Assembly (NCBI GenBank): GCA_041744215.1
Contig: JBGTLG010000033.1
Span: 116,129 to 180,128 of the forward strand
Source: Fimbriimonadales bacterium
GTDB taxonomy: Bacteria > Armatimonadota > Fimbriimonadia > Fimbriimonadales > ATM1
Length of the DNA stretch: 64,000 nt
Reading direction: 5' to 3'
The position numbers and the translations under genes are program-made. The first letter of the stretch is position 1; each line of letters starts with the position of its first letter. Below, piece by piece: positions 1-7,703 of the stretch. The notes under the pieces were generated by a model, which saw nothing but the letters and a program-made list of their open reading frames with translations, ran no database searches and was not told where the DNA came from.

Positions 1-2
1 TT

Positions 3-713
3 CGCGTCCGCGATCTTTGCAAGGAATTCGTTGTTTCTCATACCGGATATGCGTCGCTCAAGGGTGCGCTGCTTTGGTGGAAGAGCCGACAAAAAGAGCA
101 GCTGCAGGCGCTCAAGAACGTGTCGATTGATGTGCAGCCGGGGGAGTGCGTAGCCATCGTCGGGAGAAATGGCGCGGGCAAGAGCACGTTGCTGAGCATT
201 CTTGCTCGCGTGTATAAGCCGACGAGCGGCGAAATCGAGGTCGCAGGGCGCGTCGCGCCGCTGCTCGAGCTTGGCGCGGGATTTCATCCAGATTTGACTG
301 GGTCGGAAAACGTGGTTTTCAACGGCGTGGTCCTCGGCTTGACTCGAAAGCAAGTTGCCGAGCGGATGGATGAAATCGTAGCTTTCAGCGAAATCGGCGA
401 CTACATCGACGCTCCGGTTCGGACTTATTCAAGCGGCATGCTGCTGCGGTTAGGTTTTTCCGTTGCCGTGCATGTCGACGCGTCGATTTTACTTGTCGAC
501 GAAGCGCTCGCCGTCGGAGATTTGGAGTTTCAGCGGAAGTGCTTGAAACGCATCTCAGAGTTTAAGGCCGCTGGCGGTGCAATCTTGTTCGTTTCGCATG
601 ATATGGTCTCGGTTCGGCAGGCCGCGGATCGAGCCGTGTGGATGAGCAAAGGCGAAGTGATCCTAGACGGAGAGACCGAATCGGTCGTCTCCGCTTATGA
701 AGGCAACTCCTGA
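3..713 (+). CDS. Polysaccharide/teichoic-acid export ABC transporter ATP-binding protein (Wzt/TagH-like), 5' truncated by the window edge
   Basis: Frame is open from position 3. Walker A GRNGAGKST, family signature YSSGM..RLGFS, Walker B LLVDE, VSHD switch. Confidence 0.92.
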   Translation, partial: RVRDLCKEFVVSHTGYASLKGALLWWKSRQKEQLQALKNVSIDVQPGECVAIVGRNGAGKSTLLSILARVYKPTSGEIEVAGRVAPLLELGAGFHPDLTGSENVVFNGVVLGLTRKQVAERMDEIVAFSEIGDYIDAPVRTYSSGMLLRLGFSVAVHVDASILLVDEALAVGDLEFQRKCLKRISEFKAAGGAILFVSHDMVSVRQAADRAVWMSKGEVILDGETESVVSAYEGNS

Positions 714-738
714 TTCCCAGTTTTCTGCGCCGTCAGAA

Positions 739-1494
739 CTATTGGCAACCGTTAGGCGGGGGGGGTGGCGGATCGAGCGTGGAGCTGATGAAGATCGGGT
801 CTGGCATCGTGCTCGTCGCGCCGTTTGCAAGCGGCTGGTTCAGGACCATGACCGCATGGCAGTTGGGCACCATGGTGCTCGAACTATAACGAACGGCGCG
901 ATACAGCCACTCCGCGTACCAGCCTGGTGGCATGAGCGCGCGGTCGAGGTTCACTTTGGTCGCCGTGGTCGGGACGGAGCCGAGGAAAGTGCCGGACGCG
1001 TTTGTTGTTGCTCGGCCGACCTCGGTGTTCGCGTCGTTGAAGAAGACGACGATGACCCCCGAAACGCCGTTGCCGCTGGATTCGCTTCGGACGCTGCCGG
1101 TGACTTTTGCCTGGAGCGGTCTGACCTGGAAGTTGAGGCCGGTAACGGTGTGTCCGGGCCAGGTTGCATTGACTGTTCCGGAGCCGACGCCGGTGGCGTT
1201 GAATGAGCCGTTCGAATTGAGCGTGCCCGGCGCGCCCTGGACGTTGGTCAGATTCCAAGTGTTGGTCGAGAGGACGAAGCGCGTGAAATTGACGTCGTAG
1301 CCAGCAAGGACGAACTGGACGTTCATGCCGACTTCGAGGTTGAGGGGATCCTGACCTGGGAGTTCGACGCGGACGAGGACGAAGGTGGTTGGGGTGCCTC
1401 CTCCTCCGGTTCCACCGCAGCCGCCGTAGGAAAAGAAGGCGGCGAGCGCGAGGCCGAGGGTCAGTAAGACGGCGCGAAGTCCTTTCAAGTGCAT
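739..1494 (-). CDS. Putative lipoprotein with Ig-like / carboxypeptidase-regulatory-like beta domains
   Basis: Signal peptide ending in YGGC, Gly linker, beta-rich body (VTGSVRS..GVSGVIVVF..TTNASGTF), poly-Pro C-terminus. Confidence 0.7.
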   Translation of the reverse strand: MHLKGLRAVLLTLGLALAAFFSYGGCGGTGGGGTPTTFVLVRVELPGQDPLNLEVGMNVQFVLAGYDVNFTRFVLSTNTWNLTNVQGAPGTLNSNGSFNATGVGSGTVNATWPGHTVTGLNFQVRPLQAKVTGSVRSESSGNGVSGVIVVFFNDANTEVGRATTNASGTFLGSVPTTATKVNLDRALMPPGWYAEWLYRAVRYSSSTMVPNCHAVMVLNQPLANGATSTMPDPIFISSTLDPPPPPPNGCQ

Positions 1495-1615
1495 CTCCTT
1501 ATGTCTGCGATCTTGGGCCTAGCCGGTCCAGATCAATACGATTATAGACGTGCCGAGGCTGGGGGCGTGTTCGGTAGAACTGACAGGGTGGTCGCTCAGG
1601 TTCTTGGGCATCCCT

Positions 1616-1814
1616 GGTTGACTTGCCTGCTCTCGATTTGTTAACGGCTCATCGGACTCATTGGACTCATCGAACTCATCACGTTTAGACATTGTTAACG
1701 CGGTTTCTTGAGTTCATCGGATGGGCTGGATGCGGTGTTGCGAGTGCTTCGGACGCATTCACTCTGGCATTAGGCCACCATCGGTTAAGTCCTCGGGAGG
1801 GGCAGAAGTCAACC
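1616..1814. repeat. Dispersed ~200-bp non-coding element, copy 1 (terminal inverted repeat and 9-bp tandem repeats)
   Basis: GGTTGACTT (1616-1624) / AAGTCAACC (1806-1814). Four tandem 9-mers RCTCATYRN at 1647-1682. A 20-bp core (1664-1683) is identical to 46647-46666, and ATTGTTAACGCG is also shared. Confidence 0.65.
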
Positions 1815-1875
1815 GGCTGTGATGAAGCCAGTCGCATTGGCGACGGGGGGAGGATGCTGACCTGAGCAGTTCACG

Positions 1876-1926
1876 GACAGATTCTTAGGGAGCAGTCTGC
1901 TTACGAAGTTTGCTGAAGAATCTGTC
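1876..1926. other. Long imperfect hairpin at the distal end of the membrane-protein array (possible terminator or structured RNA)
   Basis: GACAGATTCTT / AAGAATCTGTC 11-bp inverted repeat with an inner AGCAG..TTTGCT stem. Confidence 0.45.
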
Positions 1927-2039
1927 AGTGCCACCCGGTCGCAACTCTCTAATTGAGTAACACCACGCACGGAAGGAGTTAACGAGGCCACCCGTCCTAT
2001 CAGTTCTCAAGACTATCACTTCAGCCACACCGTCACAGG

Positions 2040-2438
2040 TTACAAAGCTTTCCAAATCTTGTTTACTGCCAACTCACCTTGCTTCCACACGCGCCACAGC
2101 TGGGCCCAATACCACGCAAGTACCGCGAGGCTTAATACTGGAACCCAAATCATAGACCCAAAGTAAACCCAGACAGGGAACTCTGCAATCACTACCAAGT
2201 CAAGTGCTCGCCGTAGCAAGAAAAACCAAATGCCCAATCCGCTCTTTGAATCAGTCTCAAACAGATTGGCTATCACGTGAAGTGAGAGCACCATCGGTAC
2301 GGCGGAGAGAAAACGAAAGATGCCTTCGTCCAACAACGGGAATGACGCCCGCGCAATCGCCAACCCGAGGCTGAGCACACTCAGCCCTACAGCGACTACT
2401 GCGCTCGCATCGATTTCTTCATTTGTCTTCTTTTGCAC
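2040..2438 (-). CDS. Small multi-pass membrane protein (array gene 6)
   Basis: About 4 hydrophobic segments. Likely GTG start at 2438 after a GAGGTG SD; the ORF track extends it to 2498. Confidence 0.7.
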   Translation of the reverse strand: MQKKTNEEIDASAVVAVGLSVLSLGLAIARASFPLLDEGIFRFLSAVPMVLSLHVIANLFETDSKSGLGIWFFLLRRALDLVVIAEFPVWVYFGSMIWVPVLSLAVLAWYWAQLWRVWKQGELAVNKIWKAL

Positions 2439-2584
2439 TCTACACCTCGGCCATCGCCATTGGCTCCAAAACTTTTCCTCCCGCCATCTTTGATTCACAC
2501 TGTGTCTGGTGATCGGTCATTCCGTCCACCCGTCGCCGTTTTCCGCATTCCTAAGCTAGTCATCATTGAGACCGCCATCCGCCT

Positions 2585-2905
2585 TTACTCATCGTTGTTT
2601 TCTCCCTCAGATTCTCCGAAGGAGCGAAGCCTAACGCGGGCTATTAGGTGAGTTGACAATCCAGCAAAAGTGAGGCCCGTGAGACCGACAACCAAGGGCA
2701 AGCTAACATACAGAGGGGTGAATGGTGCCAACGCAATCCAGGCAGCGGATACCAAGTACAGCATGAGCATACAGATGCGTCTCCACTCGTTTGCTGCGTA
2801 TACACGTGGCATTGAGTTGAGACCAAACAAATGGAGCACTCCCCAGGCTGCTAAGAAGCACCCGCTGATTAAGATTGCCAACGCTAAAAAGTCTGTAGTG
2901 TTCAT
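2585..2905 (-). CDS. Small 3-TM membrane protein (array gene 5)
   Basis: 106-aa ORF with three hydrophobic segments and an acidic tail. Confidence 0.75.
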   Translation of the reverse strand: MNTTDFLALAILISGCFLAAWGVLHLFGLNSMPRVYAANEWRRICMLMLYLVSAAWIALAPFTPLYVSLPLVVGLTGLTFAGLSTHLIARVRLRSFGESEGENNDE

Positions 2906-2991
2906 GAATAGCAGCCTGTGGTATCTCAGTCGAATTCTGTCATAACGAGCGTAGCTGGCAGAATCAACGAATACGCCGGGTGTGGCCGGGC

Positions 2992-3136
2992 TGAGGTTTC
3001 ATGCGCGGTTGCCATGGGTTTATTCGCTGCCATTCAGACTTCTCCTTAAGGGACGATGAGATTCCACGGATCGCATCCTGCTTCGTTCTCACTGTTTGTT
3101 TCCTCATTCTGCTCCCTTTCCTCTGTCGCCTGGGCC
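2992..3136. repeat. Junction repeat copy A (145 bp)
   Basis: Aligns without gaps to 4204-4348. First 76 nt identical, 7 mismatches overall. Confidence 0.95.
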
Positions 3137-3157
3137 CTTTGTTCGGAACGGTCTTCG

Positions 3158-3532
3158 TCATCGTTCCATTCGGCCGCCGGTCCGAAACAGTTTGTGCCAG
3201 ATTGTTGTCGCAATAGTAAACAGTATCACCGCCAAACAGATGATAAGTGTCGTCGCTGTTGCAGCAGCTACGAGCAAAGCCAGAATGACCAAAGCCCTCT
3301 TAACGTCAAACTCAGTGAAAGCCAAGAGAAGAGTGAGCATTCCAATCACTTGGAAGAATGCCGAGAGCTTCTTGGATTTGTCGCGAATCTGAGGTAGAGA
3401 GCCAATAACAAGCAAACAAACTGCCAGAGATGTTCCTGCAAGCTCAAATTGCTTAGCGGCGAGAAACAGCGCGCCCATTACTACTGCGTAGCCTATGAGG
3501 CTTGGTCGCCAGAATCTTTGGATCTGATTCAC
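3158..3532 (-). CDS. Small 4-TM membrane protein (array gene 4)
   Basis: Hydrophobic portion of ORF 3158..3673. Likely GTG start at 3532 (VNQIQRFWRP). Confidence 0.7.
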   Translation of the reverse strand: MNQIQRFWRPSLIGYAVVMGALFLAAKQFELAGTSLAVCLLVIGSLPQIRDKSKKLSAFFQVIGMLTLLLAFTEFDVKRALVILALLVAAATATTLIICLAVILFTIATTIWHKLFRTGGRMER

Positions 3533-3784
3533 GTCAGGATCACCATAAAATGCCCTTAGAGATGCGGCCGACGCGGTCTGGCATGGTTTCGCGGTTTGAG
3601 GGGAGAGTTGCCGCGAACGTAGGGATGCTTGTCGAACCGAAACTCCTCGAAATCGGACTTTCATCCATGGCACCCAGATTTGTTTCCCGCGTTTGCTCCT
3701 TCACTTTGCCTTCCTCGGTTCGACGCACCGGCCACGCCGCCATGCAACCCGACGCATAAACAAACTCAGCCTCAAGCTCCCCCT

Positions 3785-4177
3785 TCATTCGGTTTCTTTA
3801 GAGTAGGCACTTCGATTTTTCCATCCTAGCATGATCAGAATCAACGCAGTGATTACGGTTAAAACGCTGGCAATTGTCTGGCCCCCGTTCTGGTTGGTGC
3901 GATCCAGAGCAACTAGGAGAATTGGGAGCGGGCCGGCCATCCCAGCGGATAGCACAAACAGAGCCGCTAACCACCCCTGTCTGGTGATCATGGCTGTAAC
4001 GCCGAGCGCTACAGCCACGGCTGCGCCACCTGCGGCAAGCCCTGTGACCTCCGCATTGCCGGAAGGGCTTTTCAAGTGCACTATAGACAAAGTGAAGCAG
4101 AACAGATACCCCGCAGCTGCAAAGCACGCTACGAAAAAGCGCCAATTTCTTTTAATCAACACGAATCCCCTCTCCAC
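3785..4177 (-). CDS. Small 4-TM membrane protein (array gene 3)
   Basis: 130-aa ORF with four hydrophobic segments and basic ends. Confidence 0.75.
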   Translation of the reverse strand: MERGFVLIKRNWRFFVACFAAAGYLFCFTLSIVHLKSPSGNAEVTGLAAGGAAVAVALGVTAMITRQGWLAALFVLSAGMAGPLPILLVALDRTNQNGGQTIASVLTVITALILIMLGWKNRSAYSKETE

Positions 4178-4203
4178 TCGGGAGTCTGATCGCGCGGGCT
4201 GGG

Positions 4204-4348
4204 TGAGGTTTCATGCGCGGTTGCCATGGGTTTATTCGCTGCCATTCAGACTTCTCCTTAAGGGACGATGAGATTCCACCTATCGCATCCTGTTTCGTAC
4301 TCACCGTTTGTTTCCTCATTCTGCTCGCTTTCCTCTGTCGCATGGGCC
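4204..4348. repeat. Junction repeat copy B (145 bp)
   Basis: 138/145 identity with 2992-3136. Contains the stop codon of the upstream minus-strand gene. Confidence 0.95.
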
Positions 4349-4723
4349 ACCCGTCGTAGAGCTCTTCAACTGCAACACTCTCCATGTTATTGTCGCGCCA
4401 ATAATTACAGCGGCCACCTGATGCGCGCGGTATTCTGCTTCATTGTTCACGTTCATTAGTAGCGACCCGGCAACTACCGTTGCTAACATCGCCACGCCAG
4501 CGGTACAGCGGTGTGCTTGAGTGTGGAGTTTTCGAAGGCCAATGGATATGGTGGCGAAAACAATCCCCGTTACGGCTAAGACGGCACCTATCAACTCCTT
4601 CAGGTGAGTATCAGATCCCACCTGTGTTGGCTGAACGAAAGCAACGACGCAAAAGACAGCACTTACGATCAGTATACTAACGCTGACCAGTAGCGGCAAT
4701 GTTGCGATTGAGCGTACACTCAT
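4316..4723 (-). CDS. Small 4-TM membrane protein (array gene 2)
   Basis: Four hydrophobic segments. ATG at 4723 after AGGAG, in an ATGA overlap with the upstream ORF. Confidence 0.75.
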   Translation of the reverse strand: MSVRSIATLPLLVSVSILIVSAVFCVVAFVQPTQVGSDTHLKELIGAVLAVTGIVFATISIGLRKLHTQAHRCTAGVAMLATVVAGSLLMNVNNEAEYRAHQVAAVIIGATITWRVLQLKSSTTGGPCDRGKRAE

Positions 4724-4944
4724 GGCCAAACTCCTGCCTTTTCAAGCGTTTCTCGGCAGGTCTGCTCCAACCAAGCATCTTCTCCATCGCTCACCATGGA
4801 AATGCAGATTGCCAGAGCAAACTGAGATAGGCCTATCGTTGCAAAAATGTTGCTAGCAAAGAGAATGCGACTCCAGGCACAGCTTGGCTGGCAAGTGAAT
4901 ACTCTGGATCCAATCTTGCGAACTGAACGGCAAAGAATGACGAC

Positions 4945-5127
4945 GGGCGTGGCTGGGTTGAGGTTTCGGTCGTGAGTGCCATGGGTGAATTCGTTGGCAT
5001 TCGACATCCCCCAATCAGCACAATCAGAATTCACCCGTGCCACGACTGAAACCGGCGGTTGCGCCGCCTCCTTGGTCACGCAGGCCACCCAACGCATCTT
5101 CCTGTGCCGCCGTGTTTCACGCATTCT
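4945..5127. repeat. Junction repeat copy C (diverged)
   Basis: Shares ordered blocks with copies A/B: GGG.GTGGC.GGG.TGAGGTTTC, TGCCATGGGT..ATTCG.TG.CATTC, CGCATC, TGTTTC..CATTCT. Confidence 0.75.
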
Positions 5128-5569
5128 CGTTCTCATCATCTCTACTCATTTCATCCAGACCTTCAGGCTGGCCAATCATTGCCCAATCGAGTCGCCCATT
5201 GCGGATTCGCTCTAATCGAACTAGCCGTACTATCGCGTAAGTTACTTTGCTTGCCATTACATATCCAAGTAATGGAACAACAAGCACCCATAGCGGTCCT
5301 TTAAGGAGTACGACTAGAACTGCTACCAGCAAAGGAGGAACCCATACGTAGAGAAGAAACGAGATAACAAGCCACTTGGCACCGCCATATCGATCTGCGA
5401 GGCGAAAGAGGACTGGCGGGGTCATACCAATTGCTATCGCCAACACGAGATGCCACGTCACGACATTGGTGATCAAGCCAAGCGCTAGCAGTGCCGCTAC
5501 GATCCCATTCATCCACACTGGTATTCGAAAAAGTCGCGCCTTGCCTGATTCCGTAGCCTTAGCTTTCAT
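5117..5569 (-). CDS. Small 4-TM membrane protein (array gene 1)
   Basis: About 150 aa with four hydrophobic segments. Start at ATG 5569 or TTG 5578. Confidence 0.75.
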   Translation of the reverse strand: MKAKATESGKARLFRIPVWMNGIVAALLALGLITNVVTWHLVLAIAIGMTPPVLFRLADRYGGAKWLVISFLLYVWVPPLLVAVLVVLLKGPLWVLVVPLLGYVMASKVTYAIVRLVRLERIRNGRLDWAMIGQPEGLDEMSRDDENENA

Positions 5570-5825
5570 TCTATGCAAGCCACCCAGCAGAAAATGGAGA
5601 AGCTAAATGTCCCTCCGCGTGCCGGCGAGTGCACCCAGGTCGGCTCTCACTGTCCCTCCACGTTCTATTCCCAATCACGTCGCTGTATCAAGTATACGAT
5701 CCTCTGCCAAGTTTGGGTGCCGGGGGCGTGCGGGCGGGCGGGGCGGCGAATCGAACCACCTGCATCCCGAACTCGTCTTTAGCCCAACCGGGGCGGATCG
5801 CCGCCTCGAACTTGGAGGAATGTAG

Positions 5826-7655
5826 ATGAGTGGACTGAGAGTTTGGCTGGTCGTTGTGGTCGTCGGGCTGTTTTGGTGGCCGGCGAGCGCGCAGGTCGCC
5901 GGGGCGCAGCGCGCCACGGTGATCTCTGGCGAGTATATGGAGACGGTCGCGTGCTATCTGGACGAGGGCCGAGAAGAGAGCTTTTACACGCTGACCCTGG
6001 AATCTGGGGCGGTGTACGACCTGGATTTCGCGCCTGGGGTTGAACACCCTGAGCCTGGCGCGTTTGTGACCTTGCGCGCTACGGTGCGAGACAATCGCGC
6101 CCGTGTTTTGAGCGTGCTGTCTTCTGAGATGCCGGTTATGCCGGACAACGGCAACTACACGCCGATCGGCGAGCAAAAGATCCTTGTGCTGCTGATCAAT
6201 TTCCAAGACGCGACGACAGAGAACACAACGCCAGCGACGGTTTACAACCGGTTTATGAGCCCAACGAGTTCGGTCAACAAGTGGTATCAGGAGACATCGT
6301 TTGGGAAGATGTGGATCGATGTCGACGTGTTCGGCTGGTACACGCTTCCGGTGAATCGAAGCTGCGACCCGAACGGCTGGCGCGATCTTGCGATTCAGGC
6401 TGCGTCGCCGCACGTGACGTTTGCCGACTATAACCGGCTTGTGCTGCTTGTTCCTGGCGGTGGCGGCTGCAGCTGGGGCGGGCTTGGCACGCTTGGGTTT
6501 AGCAATTTGAGCACCCCTCAAGGCACTTGGCGAACTACGACGTCTTGGTGCCGATCGGAGTATTACAACGACGTTCGGCAGGCGATTGCGATCAGCACGC
6601 ACGAGTTGGGCCACAACTTGGCGCAGCATCACGCGAGCTCTCGCGCTTATGTCGGCGAGACGCTGGGCTCATTCGACACGAACGCTGCTGGCGGAACGCA
6701 GGACGAATACAACGATCGTTTCGACACGATGGGCAACTGGAACTTGGGTGCGTATAATGCGCGTCACAAGTGGAATCTCGGATGGTTCGATCCGGGACAT
6801 GTTGTCACCGTAACCGCAAGCGGCACGTATCATTTGACGCCGTACACGCTTTTCTCGACTGGGCCGAAGGCGCTGAAGGTGTTTCGCGGATACGGTCCTT
6901 CGACGCAGCGAAACGAGTGGCTGTATCTGGAGTGGAGACAGCCGATCGGATACGACACTGACATCAACTGGAACAGTGGCATCAACTATACGGGTGCGCT
7001 GGGGCATTTCCATTGGAACAACAACAATACGCGGACGCACTTGCTCGACTTCCGGCTGCAGAACGGATTTTTGGATTCCGCGCTGCAGGTTGGGACGTCT
7101 TGGACTGACAACTATCGGTCGCTCACGGTGCAAGTTGTTTCGATCAACGCTGGTGTGATGACCGTCAATGTGAACATTGGGTTTTTCGGTGTGAATCGCA
7201 ACCCGACGTCATACACGATTACGCGTGGCGAGCATGTTTCGGGTGGGTTGTCTGACATCTTGTCCAGCGATGACAGCCGCTTGGTGATTCGCAACGCGCC
7301 GATCTTGAATCTTTCGGAATCGGAAGTGATGGTTGTGTTCAACGGCACTTCGCAGGTTTCGAATCCTGCCGCGATCAGCTTCAAGATCGAGGGTCATACA
7401 TCGACAGGCGGCCTAAGGAAGATGGTTGAGCTGTATAACTTCTCGACGAGTCAGTGGGTCGCGACCGATTGGCGGACGACGTTTGTTGGAACCGATGGAA
7501 CGCATGTTTTTGCGGAAGAGAATCTGCCGCAATACGTTCAGTCTGGAACGAACGCGATTCGCGCTCGTTTGCGGGTTGACGGTCAGCTTGCTTTCTCGCC
7601 GAGTTGGCAGGTGCGCATCGACCAGGCGATTTGGCAAGTGTTTCCCAGATCGTAA
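5826..7655 (+). CDS. Secreted zinc metallopeptidase (M11 gametolysin / M6-like) with an extra C-terminal beta domain
   Basis: GGAGG SD, signal peptide, HELGHNLAQHH motif, downstream EYND..DTMG turn, KWNLGW. Confidence 0.85.
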   Translation: MSGLRVWLVVVVVGLFWWPASAQVAGAQRATVISGEYMETVACYLDEGREESFYTLTLESGAVYDLDFAPGVEHPEPGAFVTLRATVRDNRARVLSVLSSEMPVMPDNGNYTPIGEQKILVLLINFQDATTENTTPATVYNRFMSPTSSVNKWYQETSFGKMWIDVDVFGWYTLPVNRSCDPNGWRDLAIQAASPHVTFADYNRLVLLVPGGGGCSWGGLGTLGFSNLSTPQGTWRTTTSWCRSEYYNDVRQAIAISTHELGHNLAQHHASSRAYVGETLGSFDTNAAGGTQDEYNDRFDTMGNWNLGAYNARHKWNLGWFDPGHVVTVTASGTYHLTPYTLFSTGPKALKVFRGYGPSTQRNEWLYLEWRQPIGYDTDINWNSGINYTGALGHFHWNNNNTRTHLLDFRLQNGFLDSALQVGTSWTDNYRSLTVQVVSINAGVMTVNVNIGFFGVNRNPTSYTITRGEHVSGGLSDILSSDDSRLVIRNAPILNLSESEVMVVFNGTSQVSNPAAISFKIEGHTSTGGLRKMVELYNFSTSQWVATDWRTTFVGTDGTHVFAEENLPQYVQSGTNAIRARLRVDGQLAFSPSWQVRIDQAIWQVFPRS

Positions 7656-7664
7656 GTTGAATCG

Positions 7665-7700
7665 ATCGGCCCGCGCAATGCGTATGCGCGGGCCGATTTT
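7665..7700 (+). terminator. Intrinsic terminator-like hairpin between convergent genes
   Basis: ATCGGCCCGCGCA / TGCGCGGGCCGAT 13-bp stem followed by T residues. Confidence 0.7.
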
Positions 7701-7703
7701 GTT

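Noticed and set aside
2964-4385. Short ORFs over the repeat (2964-3161, 3001-3216, 4152-4385) as genes, or A/B as a DGR template/variable pair
   Set aside because: Several frames are open on both strands with unrelated ends. Mismatches are not confined to adenines and no reverse transcriptase is present.
2040-5569. Canonical integron or CRISPR array
   Set aside because: No intI, no consistent RYYYAAC/GTTRRRY sites, and no short regularly spaced repeats or cas genes.
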